Below, piece after piece: positions 1 to 12,700 of a stretch of 64,000 bases of DNA. Both the position numbers and the translations under genes were made by a program. This DNA is from Ylistrum balloti. Its lineage: Eukaryota. Each line of letters opens with the position of its first letter. Within the stretch, counting starts at the first letter, position 1. The DNA is taken from assembly GCF_031769215.1 (NCBI RefSeq), contig NW_026782425.1, positions 62,001-126,000 of the forward strand, written 5' to 3'. The notes below the pieces were generated by a model, which searched no databases, was not told the DNA's origin, and saw nothing but the letters and a program-made list of their open reading frames with translations.

Positions 1-250
1 TTATCTCCCTTATTCCTTGAAATACAGTGACATGACATTAAACGCTACCTCTTACAAAGCAACAATCAACTTTGATCTTCTAAAGGTATTCACTACAATT
101 CGAAATTCCATAGAAACTGATGTTGATGTAAAATATTTTCTTTCCCCATATATTTCATCTTGGAAAGCTGATGTTGCAATTAATACTTTAATTGTTAATT
201 TTTTCAATCATAACATAAAAGCAGGTAAAAAAACTGTTTTTTTCTTCAGA

Positions 251-422
251 AACAGCTCACCTGACCTGTGTACATGTGAACAGCTTACTTGACCTGTGTA
301 CATTATAACAGCTCACCTGACCTGTATACATTATAACAGCTCACCTGACCTGTGTACGTGTTAACAGCTCACCTGACCTGTGTACATATTAACAGCTCAC
401 CTGACCTGTGTACATGTTAACA
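251..422. repeat. Minisatellite, 28-29 bp unit (AACAGCTCACCTGACCTGTGTACATGTT), about 6 copies
   Basis: Tandem copies read directly, just 3' of EMC3. Confidence 0.9.
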
Positions 423-611
423 TAATACACATAATTGTGTGTAAAGCTACATTTTCTGTTTGAAATTCAACACATTTGAAACTTACAAAATGTCACCATA
501 CCAAAATGGAATTATGTGAGTTGATATCAGGTTTAAATATCACTGAAGAGGAATGGAAATGTGGGTCAACATCAGAAGGGAAACAAATGAGATCATTCAT
601 CAATATTCTAA

Positions 612-3600
612 CTAGGAGTATTTGTTTTTGATGTAAATTGTCTCTGGTTGTATATGTCCATCAATGAGTTCCTCTTCTACACCAGCCAAACACCAGTTGT
701 GTGTGCTCACCTCCAGCGACTCCCACTCAGATTTGAAGGCTTTCATGGGGTCCTGTGGGGTCATCATCCCCGCCCCTGACATCTGTTCCTGCATTGCCTT
801 TGTTTGATCAGCAGCTGTTTCAACAAGTAAATTAAAATGGAAATTAAATTCTCTTTAAATGTGTGATACCTGTTTCGCTGTTTGCACAAATGTATGCAAA
901 AATTATTTAACTGATTTTCTTCGGTCACCATATAAAGTGAAATATAAATTTAGAACTTAAAATATATTCGATAATTTTGTTTGTCTACAAATTGTTTATG
1001 CAGTACTTCAATAATACTTGGGATTTATATTTTACTGCACGGATCACAAAAGCTGCTACCATGAACTACAGTTAAATTCACAGCATTAATTCTTAACAAT
1101 AGTGAATTATTTTTACATTACATATGTTTCTGATTATAAAGATGAAATATACAGCATTTTACATAGCAATTTAAGCATGTATATATTGATCCTATAGCCA
1201 TCTAGATATCATCAGCAACAAACTGCTACACGTACCATTGTCTTGTCCTAGTATCAGAGTATACATACTTCGCAGACCAAAAACATTAAGGAAATACCAA
1301 GATGCTGAACTAACCCTGCAAAGAAAAATGTTTTTAAATAAATAAAATATGTACAAATGTGATCATTTGTTAACATGAAACATTACAATAGAATAGGTAT
1401 CAAAGGCAAGATAATTGCATTAAATGGTGTTTATGAAATCCTGACTGTCCAGAGGTTTTTACAGGTAAAATAGGCCATATTATTAATAATTGTCATGCAC
1501 AGTTGTATAAGTTATCAAAATAGATTCTCTTTATATTCAAGTATTTAGATAGAACTTAAACTGTGCCATAGTAAAATGTATGGCATATTGGTGAATGTAG
1601 ATGAAATGATAAAGGAATAGTGCTCTAGACCACACCCTGGTGACCTTATTTAAATGATACTCTCATGCACAAGTGTTATCACTCCACATATACTTATGCA
1701 TGTGTTCTAACTGTGAACAAAGGGCAATAACTATGTATAAAATCCATCTTAAGGCACTATGACCTTAAATTATTTCTGTTCATGATACCTATTATTATAA
1801 ATGATACTGGCAATCTTGAGTGTCATTGTTATCAAACGTGGGGTAAGATTAAGCTGCAAATGGTTAACGAAGGGACATAACTCTCCATATAAAAGACAGC
1901 AACTGTTTCATTTATTTTTTTACATTAATGGCAGACCTGAAGATGTAAAGGCATTTCATATACTCACCATGATGCATCTAATGACTGCAATTCTATCCCT
2001 CTCTGCAACATTGGCTTGAATCTAAGAGTCAATGGAAATGGTACTTTTGCTGTAAAAAAACAGAAGAGCATTTTAGTGGGACTATAAAGTTAATCATTTT
2101 TGATGGAAGTGATAAACTATGTACACACAAACAGTTTTGCATGTCAGATAATCATGACACTCGATGATGGTGGCCTCACAGAATCTTTGATCTTTCCATG
2201 AAAAAAAGAGCCCAATAGCTATATCATGTGCACAGCCCCTACTTTGAACCTTTAATTTCTATAGAAAAAATATGCACAATGCTTGGGTTTTTACGGATGT
2301 ACACCACATATGATTTTAGATCACCACATACTTGTTAAAAAGCCTGAGAAAGCCCAGTTGATCCATCCTCCTATGACTATCATAGGTAAGACATTAGTAA
2401 CGTTGCCTTTCAACATGTCTGTCATCATGTTAGGATCTGCAACATATAAATCATTCAAAATTTTGATTAGTTTCTTCAGAGGAAAATACAATCACTTTCC
2501 CTTTCTCTTTAAAACTGCAAAATTGTATTATATTCAAAAAGAAGGAATTTAATTGATTTTATGGAAAACGGTGTAAATTATGTGAATTTATAATTCGATT
2601 AAGAAAGAATATTAAACCAAATACAAACTCCTTCCGAGGACCATCGCTCTGATGTTTGTAGAAGTAGCTAGTTTTGTTGAACCTTGGTAAACTTAACTGT
2701 TTGACATTTACACAAAGTAGATTTTAGCAAAGAATATTACCAATAAGAACAGGGAATTTTTAATCAATGAAAATGGCCATAAGGCCTATATGTATATCGC
2801 TCACATAACCAACACCCACCTGTCATTGGATTCTTTGCAACACCTTCACGTTTCTCCTTTTTGAAAAATCCATCATTTTCATGATTGAAAAAATGTTTGC
2901 GCATCAAAAAACTCTGTAATAATCAAAAATGAACAATTTATCTCAGAAAGAGTACAGATGAAATTCGGATAACATGCAACATCAACAAAACACGTAACTA
3001 TGACTTACATAAGTTCAAATGTTATGAGTGGACATATTGTACTTACCTGTTTTGGAATGTATTTCCCATTTTCTCTCAACATCCTGCTGCGGATGAGTGC
3101 ATGACTGCAAAGATATTAAAAAGAAAAATATGAAGAAATACATACTCCAGGGGTTACACTCACAATCACTCTCTGCACATTTGGAACATGTACATTTAAG
3201 GCAAAATAAATGGTTTCCAGTGTGACACTTTGTGGATAAGAGGGAAAACTAATTTGGTCCTTGGACGTACATCAAAAAAATCTTCAGTCACATAATGGTA
3301 TGATGTACTAGCTTTGAAGTTTGGTGTCACTCCTTCATAGTATAATCAAAAGAGTGTATCAGTCTGTAATTGATAACTTTTTTATCTCAAGAAACCCCCT
3401 CTAGACTAATCAAATTACTTCATTTGTGCCTTCTATTTTGCCAGGAAATGTTCTAGGGGGCAAAGAGAGACAGTGAGAACACCTGGAGTATGGAGGATAT
3501 AAGAAATATATAATGACTGTTTTATCTTGTGAACAGATTGCTCAATATTGGAAGTCCACTTGGTTTCCTTAGGTGACCAAAAATCCATTTTATTTCAATT

Positions 3601-4520
3601 GATATTACTTTGGAGATGCTTGGTCTTGAGTTGCTGCATCACTTATTTTTTTGGCTGCCAATTTTATATAATTTGATTTATGGCATCAATGCCTGTATAA
3701 GATAATTTTGGGTCATTAAATTTACTGAAGGAAAAAGGAATATACATTTACAGCAGAACTCAACTAATGTATCTGTTGTGTTCAAGAGTTAATAATATAA
3801 CTGAGCATTGAAAAGACATTCCTGTTGATCAGCCGTAACGAGTTGAAACAGTCTCAAGCAAGATGATAGACCACAGTGTTGGCTCTACCCAAGTCACAGA
3901 AACATATGCATGCTGTCAGTTGAATGAAATTCATATTTTACACCATGAATATTTGACAATTATACAGAATACTATATGTTTGCAATTATATATGAAATTC
4001 AATGTCATTTCTGAGCACATTTTGATTATGCAACAATAATAACAACATCACATGTCATATGGGATTACTGGATTTCCAGTCTATGACAATGAAACAATTT
4101 TTAATTGCACCTAAAACCACATTATTCCTACATGTATGCAATGAAACATGAACTAATATCTATCATATCATATTCCAATTTACGCTGTTTCTGGTAAGAC
4201 AAAAACACATTTCCATACAAGAAAATAAAATAATTAGGTTTAGGTCAATATTAATCTATTATTGTTTCAACTGATCCTTGCTGAATAACACATACAGTGG
4301 ATGGGCATGCTGTATTTTTCAATTATGCACAGGCCTGAAATCAACAGATTAAAGTACAGAAGTATGTTTACCTATCGGATACTTGTTGTAACTCTGTCTT
4401 TTTCTCTGATGATAAAAGTATTGTTACATAGTGTCTGATTATTCCAGTTAAGAAGGTGATCACTACTATAGGTAGGAAAACCCAAAATCTAATGTTGGAA
4501 TCGAGCAATAGTTCTGCCAT
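612..4520 (-). CDS. EMC3: ER membrane protein complex subunit 3, 256 aa, 7 exons: complement(join(612..814,1236..1315,1968..2049,2332..2436,2820..2913,3047..3104,4372..4520))
   Basis: All introns are GT-AG and phases are compatible (771 nt in total). Translation: [32 protein letters not shown]...[25 protein letters not shown]...[28 protein letters not shown]...[20 protein letters not shown]...[17 protein letters not shown]...[11 protein letters not shown]. This matches the EMC3 sequence I recall, and internal exon sizes 58/94/105/82/80 equal the human ones as I recall them. Confidence 0.97.
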
Positions 4521-4746
4521 CGCTGCGGCTTAACCGGAAAGTGGCTATAGGAAATCTGTAACGACATCTAAAATGTAATTACAAAAATAACAGGTTAGTA
4601 GTAAGAGCTTTAAAATGACATGTGTGACAAGATAGTTTAATTATAATACAATGAAATTGATCTTTTATATAAAGTTAAAGCATATTCAATGTCGCAAAAG
4701 TTATACCGGAACTAGTGCGTATGTGCTAATAAGCAGAACGGAAAAC
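4521..4746. promoter_or_regulatory. Compact bidirectional promoter shared by EMC3 and UXT
   Basis: Only 226 bp separate the divergent ATGs. ETS-type CCGGAA at 4534..4539 and 4706..4711; no TATA box near either start. Confidence 0.7.
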
Positions 4747-7590
4747 ATGAGCAACACCGTTCCGGAGAAAGTATTAGCCTATGAAACCTTTCTAAACGAA
4801 ACACTAAGAGAGGATTTGAGGTAATATGGACAAACAGCTCTGTATATGATCTAAAGAAATTGTTTCTTTATGTTGATTCAAGAGTAACGTATGTCAAAAT
4901 CAAATAACCGCAATATACAGGTACCGTGGGTACTGAGGGAACTGTTCCATGCATTGAGTTATATATACAGATATCGTGGGTACTGAGTCTGAGGGAACTG
5001 ATCCATGCATTGTTATATAAACAGGTACCGTGGGTACTGAGGGAACTGTTCCAAGCATTGAGTTATATATACAGGTACCGTGGGTACTGAGGTAACTGAT
5101 CCATGCATTGAGTTATATATACAAGTACCGTGGGTACTGAGAGAACTGTTCCATGCATTGAGTTATATATACATGTACCGTGGGTCATGAGGGAACTGAT
5201 CCAAGGATTGAGTTATATATACAGGTACCGTGGGTACAGAGGGAACTGATCCAAGCATTGAGTTATATATACATGTACCGTGGGTAATGAGGGAACTGAT
5301 CCAAGCATTGAGTTATATATACAGGTACCGTGGGTACAGAGGGAACTGATCCAAGCATTGAGTTATCTATACATGTACCGTGGGTAATGAGGGAACTGAT
5401 CCAAGGATTGAGTTATATATACAGGTACCGTGGGTACAGAGGGAACTGATCCATGCATTGAGTTATATATACATGTACCGTGGGTAATGAGGGAACTGAT
5501 CCAAGCATTGAGTTATATATACAGGTACCGTGGGTACAGAGGGAACTGATCCAAGCATTGAGTTATATATACAGGTACCGTGGGTAATGAGGGAACTGAT
5601 CCAAGCATTGAGTTCGTCTCGTTTAGTTGAAGGGATGCATGGCCGTGTACAAGCTGATTTCTATTGAATGTTATATGAATGCTACATAGTTTCAGACGGC
5701 GAACTTTGAATACAACATACTCTCACTTTTCACCGATCTAATGATCTTTCTTACAAATGTATCTAATTCTACAATAATACCCTACGCAATACCAGCTTAG
5801 TTATTGCCATTAGGGTATTGTATTTAGGAGTAGATTTTAGTTCATGTTATATGGTTTAGGGAATACATGCTTCAGAATAATAGGGGTATTGTGTTCCACA
5901 ATCCCCATTGTTATACAACATTTTCTTATTTGATAGAAATATGTTGCATTTGATGAAAAATTGTTTATGTATTTTATGCAAGTTTGTATCATTTGACATC
6001 TACAGAAAACTTTTGGAGGAACAAGATAAACTTTATGGACAGGTTGCAGAATATTTGCAGTTGAAGACAGTTATAGAAAGAGTTCAGGTAATTTACAGTT
6101 TACAATAAATTAATTTGTAACAGGGTTTTCATTTTTACAACAGCTGACAATGAAACTTCTGCAGTCATTTTGATTTCTTTAAACATATCAAATGGGATAT
6201 TGCCAAACTTGTACCTATAGATACAATGACCCTTTGTTATGGTTAATGTCACAGTGAATGGTTGCAATACCTCTGTATTCCTTTTTGTAAGGCATTGTAT
6301 ATCTGCTTTGCTTTACCTACCTGGATAAACTGCCCTGAATTTTGAACTCTTAAATATATTTCATTGGACTATTTATAAATATTGTGCATTTGTGATTTTA
6401 CCTATCATTAATGAATCACTACGAGAAAATAAAGAATTGTTGGTGTAACTGACCTCTTTTTATCTTCATTCTTCAGAGTACAGATTATACAAAAGAAGAG
6501 CTAAAGACAAAAGTTGATATTGGATGCAACTTTTATGTACAAGCAAATGTGTAAGTAATTAGGTAATTTGAAATTAAATTATGATTTAAAATCTACAACA
6601 CACAGTCAGTGTTATTAACTGGACAATGGTCGATTAATGTCATTAATTCAGCTGGTCTCATTCTGGCATCTAAATTATTATTAAAAATCTTACCTATATC
6701 TAACTGAACACAATTTTGAACAAATTATTCAACTCACATATTGACTGTTGATAGTTCATTAGTAGGAAAGTTCTACAATAATATACAGCTATCTCAGAAA
6801 TGTACTATCAGTGTCTCTGGTGCCATGATTAATTTTGATTTTGTCTTGTTATTTCAGACCAGATGCTTCCAGAATATATGTCTGTGTGGGTTTTGGATTT
6901 TTTGTGGAATTCAAGATGGAAGAAGCTCTCAGGTTTATTGATAAAAAGACAGCCAGGCTAAATGATCAATGTGAAAAGATCAGCAAAGATATTGCCAAAG
7001 TGAAAGCTCACATTAAACTTGTCCTTGAAGTAAGCAATTTCTCTGTTGTTTGTGGTATGACAAATGGATATATCTTAGGGAGTTTACTTTTTAGTAACCA
7101 AATGGTCAGCTACTCTCCATACTCTCTACAATATTGAACATACATTGAATTCATAGCATAATGCCCCATCATTGGTGTAATAAAACCTATTACCTGTAAT
7201 ATAACCTAGCAGAGCTATGATTGATTGAAGGTTCCTACTGTGACGTAATATCTTTTTGGTGTCCTGTGTTGTGATGATCCTCTATGTATTGCAAGATTGA
7301 AATCCCATGTACAATGTGTTGGATTTCCCACTAGGAGAATTAAACTGCTCCCATGTCTTCAAGGCAAACATCAGATAGTAAAGTTATAAACTGTAGTTAT
7401 AAGGAAATTTAATGCAGCACTATGCTCATAAAATAATGTCATCAGATTTATATTTGTCAGGTTTCATTTATGGTAACATTGGGGTCTTACTGCTTTAATC
7501 TAAGTCGACAACTTTTATTTTCAGGGACTCCGGGAGATGCAAGGAATCAGTACAGAATCTGAAAAGCCATTTCGGGATATCTTAAGCTAA
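4747..7590 (+). CDS. UXT: UXT (prefoldin alpha-like), 155 aa, 5 exons: join(4747..4820,6006..6087,6477..6550,6858..7029,7525..7590)
   Basis: GT-AG introns, in frame (468 nt). Translation: MSNTVPEKVLAYETFLNETLREDLRKLLEEQDKLYGQVAEYLQLKTVIER...[31 protein letters not shown]...EALRFIDKK...KAHIKLVLEGLREMQGI. Contains the UXT hallmarks KVLxYETF, DxGCNF, SRIYV and KAHIxxxLEGLRExQG. Confidence 0.96.
4913..5614. repeat. Minisatellite, 50 bp unit, about 14 copies, in UXT intron 1
   Basis: Unit GAGTTATATATACAGGTACCGTGGGTACAGAGGGAACTGATCCAAGCATT. Confidence 0.95.
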
Positions 7591-8779
7591 CCCAGAAAGC
7601 TCTGTCATGAAACAGAAACTTGGGCTTCATTTCAATTGAATATTCCCACCATGTTTCAGCAGAAATGTCTGTATTTCTGTATCCATACCAGATGTCTCTG
7701 CATGTATAACCATTAAGGATGATGACGACGACGATGATGATGATGATGGTAGATGTTAAAGGGCTATTAGCCATTTCATAGAGATCAGGAAAACGTTTAA
7801 TTGTCAGCATAGAAATAGTTAAAGGGACTAAATGGTTAGATATTTATTTCATAACTGATAAAAAGCATTATCACATTTTAATATCTGTTAAAGATTGTGT
7901 ACTTTCTGGCAATTATAATATTTCAAAGTTTGCGTAACGGTTTTATTAACAATGCCTAAAAATTGAAATAAAATAGAAGCAACTCAACACTTATTCATAT
8001 CATTATTGTTTGTAGAATGTAAACAATATCTTTGCGCATGCAATTTTAGACTCAGATTAATTCAAATTCATTTATTTCGCTCTGTCACACGTATAGCATG
8101 AAACAAGAGGCCATTTTACAAAGTAAGAATCAAAACATGGATGGCAGATTAAGTTTTGGCTAATTACATAATTATATATAGTGAGAAATCATATAAAAAT
8201 GGCAGGTTTAAATGAGGTTCTGAAAGGTCAGGTGATGACCTTGGCTATCTCCGATTAAAACAGTGATGGGTAGTAGACACAGCATCAAGTGTTGACTAGC
8301 ATTACTTTAAATCTGATAATCTTGATCAATTTCTCACAGAGAACGTCATAATTTTGTGAAAGAGTCTAATTTTAAGTATTACGATACTTGCTCGAAATGA
8401 AATGCATGGAAAAATAATGAAATTTCACCATTTAGTTCCTTTAAGAGAAGCAGTGTTGACACATTAGCATCCATTGATATTGTTTGAACATTACCCTAAC
8501 TGTATCAATACAATTTGGTGGCAATTGATTTACCAATGAAAGTGATAGTTTTGTTACAATGAAAAGTTGTACTATTATGTACTAGGATCAAAGCATGACA
8601 CGACTGAGGAGACAAAACACGAATCAGTTGTTATATTAATTAGTGTACTGTTATCTATTCTTGTGTTGTTCTACGATTAAAATATTATTTTGTCAAGATT
8701 TCATGTGTTGATATTCTTGTTACAATTCAAACTCATATCGGGATACACAGGTTAACTTTACAGTGTTTTTTCCCAGGTT

Positions 8780-9340
8780 TGAAAACCGATGACAGTGAGA
8801 TTGGTGATGTTATACACTGAATATGAAGGATCTGAAAACAAAGTAGTAGTAGATTGAAGATTTTTATACATTTAACTCCTATAACCTTGAATGTAGGTCA
8901 ATGTAATTCATGGGACAATGATGATGGCCCTTCTATCTTCACCCAATCATACATGTATTTGTGGCAAAATATTATGACCATGGGTCTCTTGATTATTGAG
9001 AAGTACATAATGTAGTTTGAAGATTTTAACACATTATTCCTTTGACCAAAAAGTAGGCCAGTTTCACTTGACTGTAGAACTTGATAACCCAGCATGCCAG
9101 CATACTATGGCCATACATCATGAACTTGGGCTTTTGATTATTCAGAAGATATTGGATAATCTTAACACTTTTGACCTCGATTGAAAGTATATACAGGTCA
9201 TTCATTCAAAGAAATTAATCCTTCATTCCAGGTTTTGCATGGAAGCTGTTAAGTATCTAGGTCCTGAGTCTGTTGGTTTTTTAGAGGAAGATGTTAGATG
9301 ATTTTAACATATTTAACTGCTGTGATCCTGAAATATTATT
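8780..9340. repeat. Possible highly degenerate 145-165 bp tandem repeat (3-4 units) between UXT and FAM185A
   Basis: Recurrent blocks GAAGATTTT (8857, 9019) and ATGA-c-a/t-TGGG..TTGATTATT(G/C)AGAAG (about 8975 and 9120). Old and diverged, unit boundaries uncertain. Confidence 0.35.
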
Positions 9341-9710
9341 TTGACGCTTGAAGTGGGATAGATTAATTTATATACTATTCCCAATTATTTGTAGTAGAGG
9401 CAAACTAAAATCCTTAATGTCGCAAACAATGAGGCACAATTCAAAGTAAAAATACTCCTAGTCAAATCATAATTTAGTTACATATACTGATGTAGACACC
9501 TAGTTCATTTATGCAAACACAACAGCTGCATACACAATGTAAAATGTACCAAATAATTTACCAAATCATCCTAATATTCTAACTTCTCTCCCGCCTTAGG
9601 AATAAAAATCACTTCTCTATCTGTCCTGTGATGCATGCCTTAAAAACAGATAAAAAAAAACTCTTCTTTCTGATTGGAAATAATTTAATGTTGTTGGACA
9701 ATGTAATTAA

Positions 9711-12700
9711 TTATCCAGACTGAAACTTGAGATTAAGAGACTGGAACCAGTCATGTTGTTTTACATTTACACATCCTTCTGAGGTTTCCACAGAGATCAT
9801 GGCCTGGCTTCCATTCATACAGCCTGTGAATAGAAAACAAAAATCTTACTATTGAAACGTGTATTTCTACAGGAATAAACTGTCAATATAAAGAATGAAA
9901 TGCTTAATTACAACAATCCACATCTGACTCTAGGAAAAGATTTAGATATATACATGTGGACAATTCATTATTATAAAATTTATAGGAACCAAGGGCTATT
10001 ACTCTTATTCCTCCAGGGATTACAGACAGGACAGTGTTGGGGATCCTGATCATGTCTTTTCTTTTTTTGTACTTCTTGGTGTTGTAGTGATGTGGAGTGA
10101 AAATCATACTTTCTTTTGTTAAAGCATCATAATATACCTGAAAGTGATTAATAGGAGTGTTGCCTGATTTTGGCGTGTTCCTGTGTATGTAACTTACCTT
10201 TTACTGAATTCTTATTATCACAAGCAGTTGAGCTCTCCTCACGGAATTCTAGTGTGTCATCAACAGTTACTGTTTTACCATGTAGCTCAAATTCAGAGTT
10301 GATGGTCTTGTCTACCCGTAAACTGATATCACCTGAAACAGAAGTGTTAACTTCATTAGTATGACATCAGAGACCAATACTGAGAAACAGTACACAAAAT
10401 CTACATAATATATCTTTCAACTTTCTAATGTAGACACCACTAAAGATGTAAGACACCTTTCTAATGTAGACACCACTGAAGATGTTAGACACCTCTCTAA
10501 TGTAGACACCACTGAAGATGTTAGACACCTCTCTAATGTATACACCACTGTAGATGTTAAGACACATTTCTAATGTAGACACCACTGTAGATGTAAGACA
10601 CCTTTCTAATGTAAACACCACTGAAGATGTAAGACACCTTTCTAATGTAGACACCACTGAAGATGTTAGACACCTCTCTAATGTATACACCACTGTAGAT
10701 GTTAAGACACATTTCTAATGTAGACACCACTGTAGATGTAAGACACCTTTCTAATGTAGACACCACTGAAGATGTTAAGACACATTTATAATGTAGACAC
10801 CACTGTAGATGTTAGACATCTTTCTAATGTAGACACCACTGTAGATATAAGACACCTTTCTAATGTGAACATCACTGTAGATGTTAAACACTTTTCTAAT
10901 GTAGACATCACTGTAGATGTTAGACATCTTTCTAATGTAGACACCACTGTAGATGTTAAACACTTTTCTAATGTAGACACCAATGTAGATGTTAAGACAC
11001 ATTTCTAATGTAGACACCACTGAAGATGTTAGACACATTTCTAATGTAGACACCACTGCAGATGTTAGACACATTTCTAATGTAGACACCACTGAAGATG
11101 TTAGACACCTTTCTAATGTGGACAAAACTCTAGATGATAGACACCTTTCTAATGTATACACCACTGAAGATGTTAAGACACCTTTCTAATGTAGACACCA
11201 CTGAAGATGTTAGACACCTTTCTAATGTGGACAAAACTCTAGATGATAGACACCTTTCTAATGTAGACACCACTGAAGATGTTAAGACACCTTTCTAATG
11301 TAGACACCACTGAAGATGTTAGACACCTTTCTAATGTGGACAAAACTCTAGATGATAGACACCTTTCTAATGTAGACACCACTGAAGATGTTAAGACACC
11401 TCTCTAATGTATACACCACTGTAGATGATAGACACCTTTCTAATGTAGACACCACTGAAGATGTTAAGACACCTTTCTAATGTAGACACCACTGAAGATG
11501 TTAGACACCTTTCTAATATAGACACCACTCTGGATGATAACAGAAAATATGTAGCAATTGGGTAGAATGTTCTGATTATATTTTCTCTATAAGTTTTTGG
11601 TTGGGATTTTCTTTGTTATTTTGTTTTCTTTCTGGCTGCTGGAGCTGTTATTTGATTTTCTAGACCCTTTATAACTTCTAACCTGAGTGAGGCAGAACTC
11701 ATTGTAAGACCTTAATTAGAGTAGAGTTCATTGACTGGCTAAGACGGAATAGATTACCTGTTTCTGATTTAACTTTTACTTGCTCAGGTCTTGTTATAAA
11801 GATATCTGTTGATCCTTTCTGAACGTCAGCATTCAAATTCCCCTCAAACGAATCTGTAAAAATGATCATCAGTTGAAATAAAAGGCAATATAACAAAGAA
11901 CACCTTCCTGCTTGAATGCTTCAACTTCGTGACTATGAATTTACCCGATTACAGGCTTTGTTTGAAATCTCAATAGAATACAAACCTATTGTCAAGTTTC
12001 CCTCAGGAACTGTGACATGTGTATCAGCATGACAATTGGTCAGCTTAATGTTTCCATTCTGACTGGTGAATCCTGCCTTACTGGAGTATACAGAAGAACA
12101 TGTGATGTTACCGTTATCTGTGCTACATGTAATTTCTGTTCCCTGAAGTCTATCTGTGAGTATGTTCTGTAAGTATAAATAAACAATATTTACTGAGTTG
12201 TTTCTTCATCACTATACTGTGATGTAGAAAAGCATGCGAGCTGTATGGTACTACTATTTGACTGAACTTCAAATATTACAATATGTCATACTGGCTACTC
12301 AAAATCACATTAAGACAAATTTATGGATGAAATGAATGGAATTTCACAGAAAATAAAGTCGATTGTTTAATGAAATGAATGCATAAATAAAGAAATGCAG
12401 GAGCAGTTTTCTGTCATGTTACTTAATTTGAAACGTACCGAATTTCCTTTAACCTGGAGATTAAGATTGCCTTGGAGAAGATTCTGACAAACAAGATCAC
12501 CTTCACTACATGTAGCAGAAATGGAGCCACTCTGAATCAGAAATCAATCATTCTTCTTTTAAAAAAATAGCACTGCAGTGATGAAATATATGAAAGCAAA
12601 AACTTCAATTTATTTGGCATGAACTAACAGACCACTATCTCTTATATACCAGATAACTGGTGTATGTACTGAACAGACATAATTTCAGGATACTTGTTTT

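Noticed and set aside
10367-11189. Repetitive ORFs in FAM185A intron 5 (likewise 20194-20875, 35479-35742, 54585-55265)
   Set aside because: Translations of minisatellites.
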